Shown: positions 39,451 through 52,400 of the stretch, piece by piece | How the letters are laid out: every line of letters starts with the position of its first letter | How positions within the stretch are numbered: the stretch's first letter is position 1 | NCBI GenBank assembly: GCA_051362555.1 | Contig: CM120640.1 | Location: 64,210,788 to 64,274,787, forward strand | From: Lingula anatina | Taxonomy: Eukaryota; Animalia; Brachiopoda | Direction of reading: 5' to 3' | DNA: 64,000 nt | Program-made: the position numbers and the translations under genes | Notes under the pieces: generated by a model | The model's input: the letters and a program-made list of their open reading frames with translations, nothing else | The model's database searches: none | What the model was told of the DNA's origin: nothing

Positions 39451-40856
39451 GGTGAAATGTCCAAATAATAATAATAATTGCTCGTACTTAAAGCTTAATT
39501 ATCAGCGATCCAGTTTAGCAGCGTGCCTTTTTGGTCCTTTTAAGGTATTTCAAAAGCAAAATTATATGGAATTTATTTATCTTCGGGTTTTGCATTTTAA
39601 TCACAGGTTGGTACGTGTATATAGTACCTTAACCTAGCTAATCTGACCAGTACCTTAGTATCGACATCGGCGTTCACTGGCCGCATACTGATTCAGCGAT
39701 CGTCTAACGCTGTCAATAAAAAGAGTGAGCCATTTGCATATAAATCGCCCGTTTTTATAAAATATGTTTTCTTTAATATATAAATAACTGGTAAAAATAA
39801 ATAGATGCATTTTGGCGTAAAGTCGTGTCCTATATAACCAGTTTTAGAACAAGGTCACTTCAGTCACGTGATGTCACCAGACAACTCCAAGGACGCCCTA
39901 AAAAGCTGCTCATCTTACACTCATCCTTCAAAAACATCAACGTAATAGGTCTTATTTTCAGTTTTTAATGTGACATTGTAGAAGTCTGTTGTAGCTGATA
40001 TGTATCATGTATAGGGAATTAAAGCTGTGGAGTGATTATCCGATAGGAAATGTTAAAAATGTTTAAAAAACTTATCGAAATTTAAACTGCATAATGAGAC
40101 ACGTAAAATTCTGTAGTTCTGCCGGTGTGGACAAATTGTGTCGTGGGCCTACTTAAATGTTTGAGATTCTGGGGATGTAGTTGATGATGGTAATGATGGT
40201 GATGATAGTAGTATTAATTTTGGTGATATTGATGATGCTGATGAAAATAGTGTAGGCCTAAGTCATTCACGTATGTTACACACCAAGTCTGCCAGGTAAA
40301 ATATTGATTATTATTTTGTAGTTTTATGTAATTATGCTCTCGTTCATTTGTCTACTTTGAGTTGTGCGCCTACTCAGTATAATGTGGAAAGGATATGTTG
40401 ATGTCGCCCCAAGTGGCCTTAAAGACAATAGCCCCATAAACAAATGGGTCGTAATGGATTTGAAGGGAAAACTCAGTTGAGGAAGGCTTAGAATTCACTT
40501 GGTCGGTGAAAAATATTGCGTGCTTGTGGAAGAGAGAGAAGTCTGGCCATTAGACCTAGATTACGCCGAGGGGATTGTTGTCAGGTTTCTCCAGGTGCGC
40601 GGATGGAACATCCATATCCAGACTGACCCCCACCCAGCTGTTAGTTTCGTCTATAAGACTTTCCAACTAACACAGACGTTATTATAACGACACCACGAGA
40701 AATTATATCAATTCACCGTATAGATCTTAAGGAAAATATAAATATTATTACTGATGCATCTCTGAAGATCTACTTTACAGATGTCAAATATAATCCAAGC
40801 TTTCGGCCCCTAGGCCTTCTTGGGGGATTATCAAAAAAAGTGAAAAAAAATGAAAA

Positions 40857-40898
40857 AACAAACAAACAAACAAACAAACAAACAAACAAACAAACAAA
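40857..40898. repeat. (CAAA)n microsatellite
   Basis: Directly visible. Confidence 0.9.
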
Positions 40899-43800
40899 CT
40901 CCGTGGATACGTGACGTCGGTGATGTGTTGAAGACACGCGATGTCCCAAAAGCATGCTAAACGTAAACAATGTCAAGATTACGTAACAAAAGAAAAAATC
41001 AATACTCATTCAAGAAAATGTTGTCCCTATTGTCCATTATTCAAGGTGGCTAGCGTTCTTATAAATTTCTGTTCGGCGATCGTCTTAAATAATTTGAGCA
41101 CATCTGATAAAATTTCTATTGTTTTTATACATTTTTTATTCTCATGTTTGTATTTTTTGTATAAAGTAATACTTGCAGTGCATTCTATACAAGGTCTATA
41201 TCACATACATAATCATATGAAGTCCTTTTAATTTCATTGTTATACAGATTATTGGCCATAACTGTTACTATGTATACTATATTTTCATTCAGTTTTTAAT
41301 TTTACCTCATCATTATTTTGGGACAATTTATATTTGTTTATTTTATGGTTAATGGAAACATTCCAAACAGCTATTTAGAGTGCTTTTACAAATTATTTTT
41401 AGTTACTGTAACAACTTTTGGTCTTCAGCATTTTTTTACTATTCTTTACAGAGCCTTGTACAAAATGTATATTGGTCATCAATACAATCATTTAGACTAA
41501 CACATGCTGATCTAGGAGAAAAGTTACACAAAATGCATAAATATGCTAAAACAAGCTGTCCTAGTTACAATACTTTTATACTGTGGAGTGAAATCAGTGA
41601 TGGCTTCTCTGAGAAAATACCATAATACAACACCCCTCCCTCTCTTCTCTGGGATGTAAAAATACAATTTCTTTCCCATTTACTTGTGCCACACCACAAG
41701 TATTTAACATATTACTCCTTTTTACACCACAAGACATGTTTCAATGGAAAAAATAATTTATGTAATATATATATATATATATATGCTGAAACAAGTTGCT
41801 CTGATTCATTAGACTGCATACAATAGGTAAATCTGGCTTCCCCCCCCCCCCACACACACACACATACACACATATAACTCATTCAAAATACTAAGTATAA
41901 TAATAATTTATTAGATAAAATTGCAACCCTAAGTTGAAGTTGTACAAAGAAAGTTTAAACAAAAATTGACAATAAACTTTAAATTATAAAACAATAAGTT
42001 ATTCTTAAAATACTACAAATTAAAAAGGCATCCATAAATTACTACAAGTTAAAAAGGCAATAATTAATAAAGGAATTTTTAAAACGTTCCGTCTTCACTT
42101 TTGGTTGTAAGAATTTGGTGTTGTTTCGTAAAGGGCGGGTGTTTCTTTCAGGCAATAAATGTCCCAACTTTTCACAATTTTTTAATTTTGTATAAAACCC
42201 CTGATACAGCAAATGTCTACGTTTGTCTAGGGTGTCAATGTTACAAACTTTTAAGGCATCATCATAACTGAGACCAGGGCAAATAATCCTTAAGGCTCTC
42301 TTTTGAACTGACTCTAGACATTCAGATTGCTCAGCAGTCAGACCTGGTCCCCACACTGGACAGGCATATTCTAAAACTGATCTTATTACAGACTGGTAGA
42401 TAGTTAATAAATCTTTTATGTCCAGTTTTGCCCTCTTTATCTGTCTGAGATAAAAGAGCTTTAAACATGCCTTAGCATACATGGTTTGGATGTGTCCAGC
42501 CCACTTGAGGTCTGGGGTTAAAATAACACCAAGTATCTTAAACTTTTTGACCTTTTCTACACGTTCACTATCTATTTCCAATGTTGGTATTGTAAGATTA
42601 CATTTCTTGGTAAAATTTATGTCCATCGACTTTGTCTTCCTTACATTAAGTTTCATCTTGTTTTGCTTGACCCAGTCAACCAATTGGTCTATTGCCTGTG
42701 GTAGATGCGGTGTTTTGCCAAATTTGCATTTTCGTAAATGGAGGTATCATCGACAAACTTAATGTCTGAACAACAAGTTTTCAGGTCATTGATCATTGCA
42801 AGGAAAAGAATGGGACCTAATTTAGTGCCCTGAGGCACTCCTCCCACTAGCTGAACCCAATCAGATTTAAAGCTACTGCATTTTACTCGTTGCAACCGTT
42901 CGCAAAGGAAGGAATAAATCCAACGTCTTACAAAGTCTGGTACCCCTTGAATTTCTAATTTTTTCATTAAGATATTGTGATTAATCCTGTCGAAGGCTTT
43001 AGCAAAATCTAAAAATAACACCTGAGCATAAGACTTTGTTGTGGGGGATGGTTCAAGTCCTCCTAGTAATTTATGAGTCAATTCGACTAAGGCATGAGTA
43101 GTTGAACTATTTTGAATACCACCAAACCGTGCTCTATCAATTTGCAGACCATCTGTAACCCACTTTGTAACAAAAGACTCCAAAATTTTACTTAGAACTG
43201 GTGTTAGTGATATAGGTCTAAGGTCTGACTCTATTACCTTTGGCTGATTCACTTTTGGAATGGGTATTATCTCTGCAGATTTCCAAATTTTTGGTACGTG
43301 ACCATCCCTTACTGAGCTATTGAAAATTGCACAAAGTGGTTTTGACAAGTAGCCTGCAAAGTCTCTGAGAACCCAATTTGGAATTTGGTCTGGGCCTATT
43401 ACTTTAGACAGTTTTACTTTGGATAGTAATTTTTCTACATCCGCTGTGCAGATAACAAATTTGTCAGGTACTATACAACTCTGCTGGGCATTTCCATCAG
43501 GCTGTAAAGGTGACAGGTCTTGGCTGACACTATGAAAAAAGGTTTTGATTTTGTTTGCCAGAACTTGAAGATTGCCTGAAGATGTGCTATCTTCCACCAT
43601 AGGGAAGAGTTGGACCATTTCAATGATTCTACTTTATTTCTATAGTATTTTGACTTAAGTTGTTTATTTGTCCTATTGATTTTGTTCCTGAGTGCATGTG
43701 GAAGGCTAGTCTTTCCTTCGCTGACGCCGTTTGATGAGGTCCTTGAAATCAGATGTTACCCAGGGTTTGTCTGTTGTGTGTCTGCTGATGACTCTCATTG

Positions 43801-44445
43801 GAAGATAGGTGTCAAGGAGATCGTTAATTGTCTCTTCGAAGAACCGGTACTGGTTTGCACAAGTGTCCATTTTATAGAGTGGTGTCCAATTCACTTTCAT
43901 GAGCTCATGAGCGAAAATAATATTTTCATTTTTTTCCATGGAGCGACAGCGGATCTTTTCCTCTTTACCACACGGATTGCGGTTATGATTTGCTGGAAGG
44001 GAGAGTTCTGCGTTGTGGTCGGACTGTCCTATTGGCGGTAGTATTTCTGGCACCTTGTAATATTGGTCAATGTTAGTGAAGATTTTGTCCAGTATTGACT
44101 CTCTTCTTGTACCCTTCCTGACAATCTGTCTCAAGTTGAAGGCTCTCTTAAATTAGTTGTCAGGGAGTGTGTTAAAGTCACCAATAAGGAACACTGCTGA
44201 ATACGGGTGAACCCTGAGGATAGAGTCAGTGGATGATATGATATGTTGGATCATGCTCTTTTTATCTGCACCTGGAGGGTGGTAGATTGCGCCGAGGCTG
44301 ATGTGTGAGAAGTCACGAGGTAGTCTGTTTGGTCTCAAAGGTATCCATAGTGATTCCAGGTTGCTGTCTTGCTCATTCCATATCTTGAAAGGTATTGATT
44401 CCTTGATGTAACAAACCAATCCACTGCCCCTCTTATGCTCTCTGG

Positions 44446-46993
44446 TAGGTATATCACAATCCGCTAGGGGCGCTACAGTCGTAACTGTCCAGTGGCAGTG
44501 AAGTGTAAAACTGAAGTCGGCCTGCTGACAGCTCGCCTATGGCACCCCTTTTTTAAATCTCTCTTTTAGCGCCGCGTAAAAAAACTAATACAAGCCATTA
44601 ACTAAATAAGCTGTAAATCAAAGAGTAAAATCCGGTCACGTGATTTTCCCGTGTTGCAGTCTTTGAGAAGTTTCAGTTCAGGGTGTTTGAAGTTTTGCCT
44701 CGACAAAATGCTCAAAAATGTCAGGGAAGTACTGGTTTCAGTTTTTTAAAATTTATATCGAATAAAGTTTATGAAATTTGCAATATTATGTAAAAAAATC
44801 ATGAAAATTAAACCATGTGAAGTATAGTTTATTTGATGCGCAATATTTATAGTACTTGATCTGCACGGAAGCCATCCCAGCCATGTGCTTGTGCGGTCGC
44901 CAATTTGGGTTTGTTTCCGGGTCATTAGATTAACATACAGCCATAATAAAGGGAACCGGAGAAGATCAGCATTGGTCAGAATTGTGCCGGAAGTGACGTG
45001 CAGTGGTGTTAGAAACGAAGCTGAGTGGTCATTTTAACATAGAGGTGAACGGCAGTGAAGACGGGTTGTCGGAGGAAAAAGAAGTTTTCTAAACAACATG
45101 GTAAGATAACTCACTTTTTCTTCGCATTTTGGGCAGAGAAAACTTGTAGAAATAATAAATGCATGATATGAAAACGTGACACGGAACTTGAAGGTGCAAA
45201 ATCGTGCTTAATTGGCGGTCAACTTGTTTTAAAATGAATGCTGCATCGACCGCCATTGCGACAAAGAGTGTAAATGGAAAATAATTCCCGGGAGGCTGTA
45301 AATCGTTGCCATGTGGAAATTTGGCATTAATATAATCCGATATTTCCATATCTAAGTATTTTTGGGGTGTATGAGCTGCAATTAGAACGAAGTTTTAGAG
45401 GTCTTGAAGGACCTTGTGAAAACAAGGAAGTAGTTCGTAACTAACAAGTGAAATGTACCGATCTCCGACTGCTGTGCACAGCTGTATCTTTTTTTCAATA
45501 TATTGACGAATTTTTGTCACAGGACAAATAAAACATTTCACTGACAAGATCTTCCCAAAAAGACAAAAAGAGAATTCAGGTGAGCTGACAGGTAATTAAG
45601 ACTAGCTCAAAGTACTAATAATTGACATTATTATGCAATACTCAGTTGGTAAAACGATTCTCACAGGTAGATAACATGTAACATGACCAATTTCTATAGG
45701 CTAATGATTGCCAGCCTGAGGAAATTGATTGCCAGTCTCTTTTGTCAGTGATTTTTAACTCAGATAAGAGGCTGTCAGAATGTCACCTTTGTCTTGGCAT
45801 TTGTCACTGATTAGCGCCTTCCCCAGTGTAAAAGGTACAGTATATCAGTGTGATCATGTGTGTGGAATTTCATGCCAGATGGACATATAAAGATCTAAAA
45901 ATTCGTCAATATATTGAAAAAAAGATACAGCTGTGCACAGCAGTCGGAGATCGGTACATTTCACTTGTTAGTTACGAACTACTTCCTGGTTTTCACAAGG
46001 TCCTTCAAGACCTCTAAAACATCGTTGTAATTGCAGCCCATACCATAAAACACCCAAAAATACTTAGATATGGACATATCGGACTATATTAATGCCAAAT
46101 TTCCACATGACGACGATTTATAGACTCCCGGGAATTATTTCCCCTTTACGCTTTTTGTCGCGGTGGCGGTCGACGCAGCATTTATTTCTAAACAAGTTGA
46201 CCGCAAATTAAGCACGATTTTGCACCTTCAAGTTCCGTGTCACGTTTTCATATCATGCATTTATTATTTCTACAAGTTTTCTCTGCCCAAAATGCGTAAA
46301 AAAAGAGAGTTATCTTACCATGTTGTTTAGAAAACTTCTTTTTCCTCCGACAACCCGTCTTCACTGCCGTTCACCTCTATGTTAAAATGACCACGCAGCT
46401 TCGTTTCTAACACCACTGCACGTCACTTCCGGCACAATTCTGACCAATGCTGATCTTCTCCGGTTCCCTTTATTAAGCACGATTTTGCACCTTCAAGTTC
46501 CGTGTCACGTTTTCATATCATGCATTTATTATTTCTACAAGTTTTCTCTGCCCAAAATGCGAAAAAAAAGAGAGTTATCTTACCATGTTGTTTAGAAAAC
46601 TTCTTTTTCCTCCGACAACCCGTCTTCACTGCCGTTCAACTCTATGTTAAAATGACCACTCAGCTTCGTTTCTAACACCACTGCACGTCACTTCCGGCAC
46701 AATTCTGACCAATGCTGATCTTCTCCGGTTCCCTTTATTGCGCTAATTGGCCACAAGCAATTTGAGCTGCAGCTACAGCTGAGTGATCACCGCTGGTCAG
46801 TAGTGACAGGTTTTAAGCTGAAAAGTGTGGACACTTTTGGTGCATTTTTGCAGTTAAAAATCTTCAATATCTTTGTTGCTTGTAGGAATATTAAAAAAAT
46901 TCCAAGTGATTTCATCCGGTTTTTGCATTACCTTTCAGATGATATAAGTATTATAATTTTCTGATCAGTTTGAAAATTTTTCTGATATACCTA
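44446..46993. mobile_element. Non-autonomous DNA transposon, 11-bp TIR, 7-bp TSD
   Basis: TAGGTATATCA...TGATATACCTA; TCTCTGG duplicated at 44439-45 and 46994-47000; removal restores LINE frame LRKAREHKRGSG. Confidence 0.85.
44945..46739. mobile_element. Foldback element with ~570-bp inverted arms
   Basis: 44945-45514 is the inverse of 45897-46474; terminal ~265 bp tandemly duplicated at ~46473-46739; ends AAAGGGAACCGG...CCGGTTCCCTTT. Confidence 0.88.
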
Positions 46994-48800
46994 TCTCTGG
47001 CTTTTCTCAATGTATTATGTGCTGTTACTTGCAGTTCACTGTCAGGGATGGATAAGTTGCACCAGCTCTCTGTTATGCAGGCATAATCTATGTCATACTG
47101 TAAAATAACAGACAGTTCATTGAGTTTGTTGGGCAAGGATCTCACATTTGCATTCAGTATATGGGGCAGTGACCACTTTCTGTCTATTACGTAAGTCAGG
47201 TTTCCACTGTCAACATTAGTTGGTGTTTTGTGTAGGTGAGCCTTGGGGCGATGTCCAATTATCACTTGTCACTGCCTTTATTTGTAACGACCACCTCTGC
47301 AGCCTCTATGTGTTAGTTTAGTAGAGCTCAGAACCAATTTCCTGATTGTATCTATGGTCCCTTGGGGAAGATGTAAGTTTCTCCCAATACTTTTCCCTAA
47401 CTCAAATAATTTGCTAATGGAGTATCTCATGATGTTGACTAGTAGTCGCAGGCATTTTTTTGAGGTCTTGGCTTCAGATATGCATGAGTTTGTCTACAAA
47501 GTCCTTTTTGGATATCCAAATTGTGCTGTCCAGTAGAGTCTTGAAGTGTTCATAAAAAACCGTGGTAAAAATTACTGCTGTACTATCAGTAAGAGAACAT
47601 GAAAATTCATAACATTTAAGAACCCAGGACTGGCTGCTTGTTAGCGCACTCGACCTTGACCCCTCAAACCAAATAATATGCCTCAAACCAAATAATTTTT
47701 TTACGCAACAAATATATGCATAAACTTTATAATAGCAAATTATTTTAAAAATTTGACGATGAGCACTTTGCCAATGGTTACCAGCACTCATCCTTTAAAG
47801 TAAAAAAAGAAATTAAAAAAAAAAAACGGTTTGGTAGTTATGGGGTTAGAACAGCGACAGCGACGGCGACGTCAAAGACAGACAAACAGACCAATGAGAA
47901 TATATACAGACCCTTGCAGTGTCTGTACTCTTTTTTTTACACCACAAGACATGTTTCAATGGAAAAAATTATTTATGTAATATTTATGTTGAAACAAGTT
48001 GCTCTGATTCATTAGACTGCATACAACAGGCAACTTGCAGTGTCTGTATATAAGAAATTAATTAATCACTGGGTCAGCTAAAAGTAGCTAAATGTAACAC
48101 GCATTACTGATGCCTCTATACTGTTGTTGTATTTTAATGCAGGTTAACACATATAACCGAAGGTTATATATAACACAGAATGAAAGCAGAAGATGTCTGT
48201 TCAAATATCATTTTTCGGGAAGAATAAAACGATACCCTTTAGTATTTATTTAAGTTATGCTTTGGCGGCATTAAAGTCGGGTTTAGTGGCAGTGTCAACT
48301 TGCTCCTAATGTATCTTTAAGCAATGATAAATTTCCAAAATTTATTTGTCAAACTTAAATAAAAATAAAAAAATTAATATCAGTTATTAAAAGTAGGAAG
48401 ATAGGGATGTAGTCTCCATGACGTAATTTGATTTGTTTTATTTCTTTTCTGTAAAAATCAAATCAGATAACGTTATGAACTAGTTAATAATGACAGCATA
48501 TAAAAATTTAGAAGTCTTGAAAATATGATAAAATGAATTGTCTAAAATGTAGTCTCCATAACACCAAAAAACCTACTGTTAATGAATTATCAAATGGATT
48601 ATAAATTATAGGAACAAATTCAAAAAAAAAAAAAAAAAAAGAAGAAAAGAAATGGCGAGGGGGGGGCTCCTATTGGGCTGCCGTAGTAAACATGGGAAAT
48701 CCTTTTATTTTACACCGTAGTGTCATTCCGTATCATTATATACAAATGCAAACGCATCTTTTTTTTAGATATAATCCCTCTGGTATTTATTTATTTGTAG

Positions 48801-49369
48801 GAAGTTTACCACCGATCTTCTGTGGAAATCAAAAGACGATGACCAGTCAGAAGAAGAATCCGAAACAGAACATGAAGAGAACACAAAATGCGATAAATTT
48901 TGCGCTATATTTTCTTTGGTCCTATTCATAATAATAATGGCAACGACAATTGCTGTTGGCGTTACAGCACATAGGATACTAATTGTTGTGGCTATCTTGA
49001 AAATTCAAATTTTGAACAATGGAACATTAAACCGCGTTAACATGTTTGATACAAATAACAATAGTACCGGACAGAGCGAAGACACACTTCAAAGAGTTGG
49101 GCTACTTCGATGGTATTTTTTATTACTCGGTAGTTTACTTTTTCCAGTTGTTTTGGGAATGGTAATTTCTGTGTTCACTGCATTTTGCAAATCTTCTCGA
49201 CAAAAGACAATGCATTTTTTTGAAGATAACAAAGTTGGTCCTAAGCAAACTACATTCCTCAACAAAAATGGCCCTGCAAAAATTCTGCCGAAGATAAAAA
49301 AGAAAAAAAAAGACAAAGAAGATGAAACTTGCTGCATTTATCAAAACTTTGCTCTGCCTTATAGGCTTG
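48801..49369 (+). CDS. CHS: CHS-D exon 2 (contains +1 frameshift in A-run)
   Basis: ttgtag acceptor; CDKFCAIFSLVLF ~ VDKCCSVISLLLF; end KMKLAAFIKTLLCLIGL/gtaag lies in a shifted frame. Confidence 0.78.
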
Positions 49370-49373
49370 GTAA

Positions 49374-49432
<59 letters not shown>

Positions 49433-52400
49433 AGGGGAGGTTTTTAAGAACCCCCTCTCTGTCTCTCTCTCACCACTCTCCCTTTATATACATGTATAAA
49501 CGGTTGATTATGCCTCATATATATATATATATATTGTTTGTCATTCATGGATTATTAATGTTGAAAAAAAGCAATGGTGTCTTCCCTTTCCTTTGTTCAC
49601 CGTGTTCGTAGTTTTTTTTTAGTGTTTTTTTGTCCGTGAGTATTGCATACACAGGTTTACGCTACTCCGGTACAGCACTTAATCACTTTACCATATTACC
49701 TAATTTCATGATTTCCACGATTTCAGATTTCCCTTCCTGAAATCCTTCATTCTGGTGGAATATGTCTGTTTGTATTCAGAGTCCTGCCAGGAATCCATAC
49801 AATGGACATCATACCCCTTTTCTACGCCTCAGCCCTCATTCCCTCCATTATGATGTTAATAATTCATATCAAGAAAACCACCAACGAAACGGCAACTGTT
49901 GAAAATGGCAGCACATCATTATCAGAGCGTTGCTCGAGATGGATCAATATTACAGCAGATGTCTGTGTAGTTTTACTACAAGGAGGTGCTCTTGTTTTCA
50001 TGTCATTACCCATCCAGTATTCGTCCGGGGGATTACTGGTGCAGGTATCTAACCAGTCCACCCATTGGGCTTTACCCACAGCGTTGCTTCTTATATCTGT
50101 TGGGTGGTGGGAGAATTTCCTTAACTACAGCAAGGACTCGTATCTTTGTAAATTTCTTGAGAAAACTAAAACGGAGATGAGAAAACAGCGAGCTCTTGTA
50201 TTTTCGTATGTTTTGCCCATAAAAATAGTTTTCATTTGTTTGTTTTTTTACGGAATATTGCGTTGGAATGGGTTTTCAGACAATGATTTACATGCATTCT
50301 TCGTGGCAGAATCAGCCTTGGATGAAACAGAAAGACTTGCATTTGTAGTATTTGGTGCCATACTTGGGATCGGTGTTTTACTATCATATTATGCTCTGTA
50401 TCTGTTATGTGCATCTGGTGCTCCTGGAGTTGGGTTTTTCGCTGTTTTCGTAGGAATGCTGCTGTCATCAGCCTTGCTATATATATACACTATTTGTAGT
50501 CAGGAAGCAAATGGATTTTATGAGCTCATTGTTCCTAACAACGCTGTTGGTGCGATTTTTCGCAAATGGCTATTAGAAAGTACATTGGACACTAAGTTGG
50601 ACTGTGACCCTGGAAATCCACACCTTCAGGCAATAATTATCTTGAATGTCCTTCTTGTACTTTCACACTTAATCCTCAACAGACACGTTTGGTACTCTGA
50701 CAGTGCGAAAGGAAGCAAAATACCCTCAGTCAAATGGTCCTTCATTCAGCCTTTGTATTGTGGAATATTCACAGAACAATCGTTTATGCTACGTAAACGA
50801 TTAGCCACGGAAATAGACGTTAAAGATTACAAAGACACGGAGGATATACGGCATGCTACTGACAACAGTGCACAAATTAAGGTTTATGCCTGCGGAACGA
50901 TGTGGCATGAATCGGAAAGTGAGATGAGACAAATGTTAGCAAGCATTCAAAGGCAAGTTGATGCTTTACTTAGTTTTATACCGTATCATCTTTTTCAGAA
51001 ATAAGTAGAATTAAGGTTTATTTTGGATATATTTCCTTTCTTATAAAGGGTATTTTATTATGTGCATGTAGGTACGAATGTTTATTAACAGTAAATCGAT
51101 TGACTTTATTAGGTTAAAAACTATTTGCATTATTTTTTAGATAAATTTAGATCACACTAAAACACCAAATATTTCGCTAAGATTCCTATAACAGCCATCA
51201 ACATTGGGTGCAATCCACTCTTAGCAGGTTGACTGTCATGGACCACTATGTACATTCTTTTAAGGTCTTCCTTCGTTTCCCATTTAACTTTCCTCCTAAT
51301 AACAACCGCTGCAATTCATCTTTTCTTGTAATATCACCAAATAAGTTTATTTTCTTTTCTTAATGGTGTCGAATAGATAATTAAGTTATCCCCCATTCCG
51401 TCCATATATTTTTAACATCTTTCTATGTAAAAAAAGTCAAAAGTTCAAAAGTTTCAAAAGTTTTTATGGTTGTTTTCGTTAGTGTTCAGGTATCTGAGCT
51501 GTATAATAGTGTTGACCAGATGTAAAAAATAATAATACGCAGCCTTAGACTGTTATTAATGTTTCTTCATCTTATAACTCAAACTTGGCTGATCTTGCAA
51601 TTTCTATTCTTCTTTTTATTTCTCGGTCACATTTTCGATCGTCTGTTGCCATGTTATCCAGGAATATCATCCTTCTGGCTTTCTGAATTGGTTTTCTTTC
51701 TTTGCTGATATTCACCTCTGGCACTGGTTTTTTTTGCTCGCCATCTTTCCTTTTGTTTTTGTAATTTTCATGTCCATTCCGTATGATTTTTATTTAACAT
51801 TGACTGATGTTAGTGACATTTGTAGGTCTGAATTAGTTTCTGATAACGAAGCTTTATCTATGCATATCTTAGATTATTTATATTGATTTCTCCTTTATCC
51901 ACAACCTCTATATCTTAGACTACTTTAAATATATATTTTACGGTATATAAGTTGAATAAATTTGGTGATAGAACCCCTTTCTTTATTTTGAATTCATTTG
52001 TTATTCCATGCTTTGTTCTTACTGCTGCGGTCTGTAAAGATCAGTCTTTATTATTTATCTTAATAGCAGATAAACATTCAACAAACTGATAACAGTGCAT
52101 TACATTCGCATTATAATTACAATGTATGTTTTTATACTTGTTTTATTTTTTCTCACTTCTTCTTCTGTAGGATTGACAAATACTGTACACAATGCACTGA
52201 ACAAAAGGGGAACGACACAACGAAATTTGAATTTGAGACCCACATTTTTTTTGATGACGCATTTGTCTTGGAATACGTGGATGGTGATCAACCAAAGGGA
52301 AGGCTTGCTGTCAATGAATACGTATCAAATTTCGTGAAAATAATTTTGGAAGAAGTAATGAAGTAAGCACTATTTAAGTATTTACCTTTGTTCTATAATT

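Larger units (their letters stand above)
41890..47600 (-). mobile_element. Near full-length decayed CR1/L2-group LINE (APE + RT)
   Basis: HRGCRGGR leader (~47290-47310), APE motifs NVRSL/ITESW/YHPP/GDFN/LDKIFTN/SDH, RT motifs LRPISLT/DFAKAFD/GVPQG/FVDD; AATAAA(TTA)n tail; stops and frameshifts; interrupted at 44446-46993. Confidence 0.9.

Noticed and set aside
39078-39464. 128-aa ORF with CRTNL-like repeats, or a CRISPR-like array
   Set aside because: Product of a degenerate minisatellite; no identical repeats with unique spacers, and eukaryotic context.
40160-40295. Asp-rich frame ending in a phase-2 donor, candidate first exon of CHS-D
   Set aside because: Preceded by in-frame TGA, no similarity to exon 1 of A/C, 8.5 kb away; could equally be a (GAT)-rich or transposon remnant.
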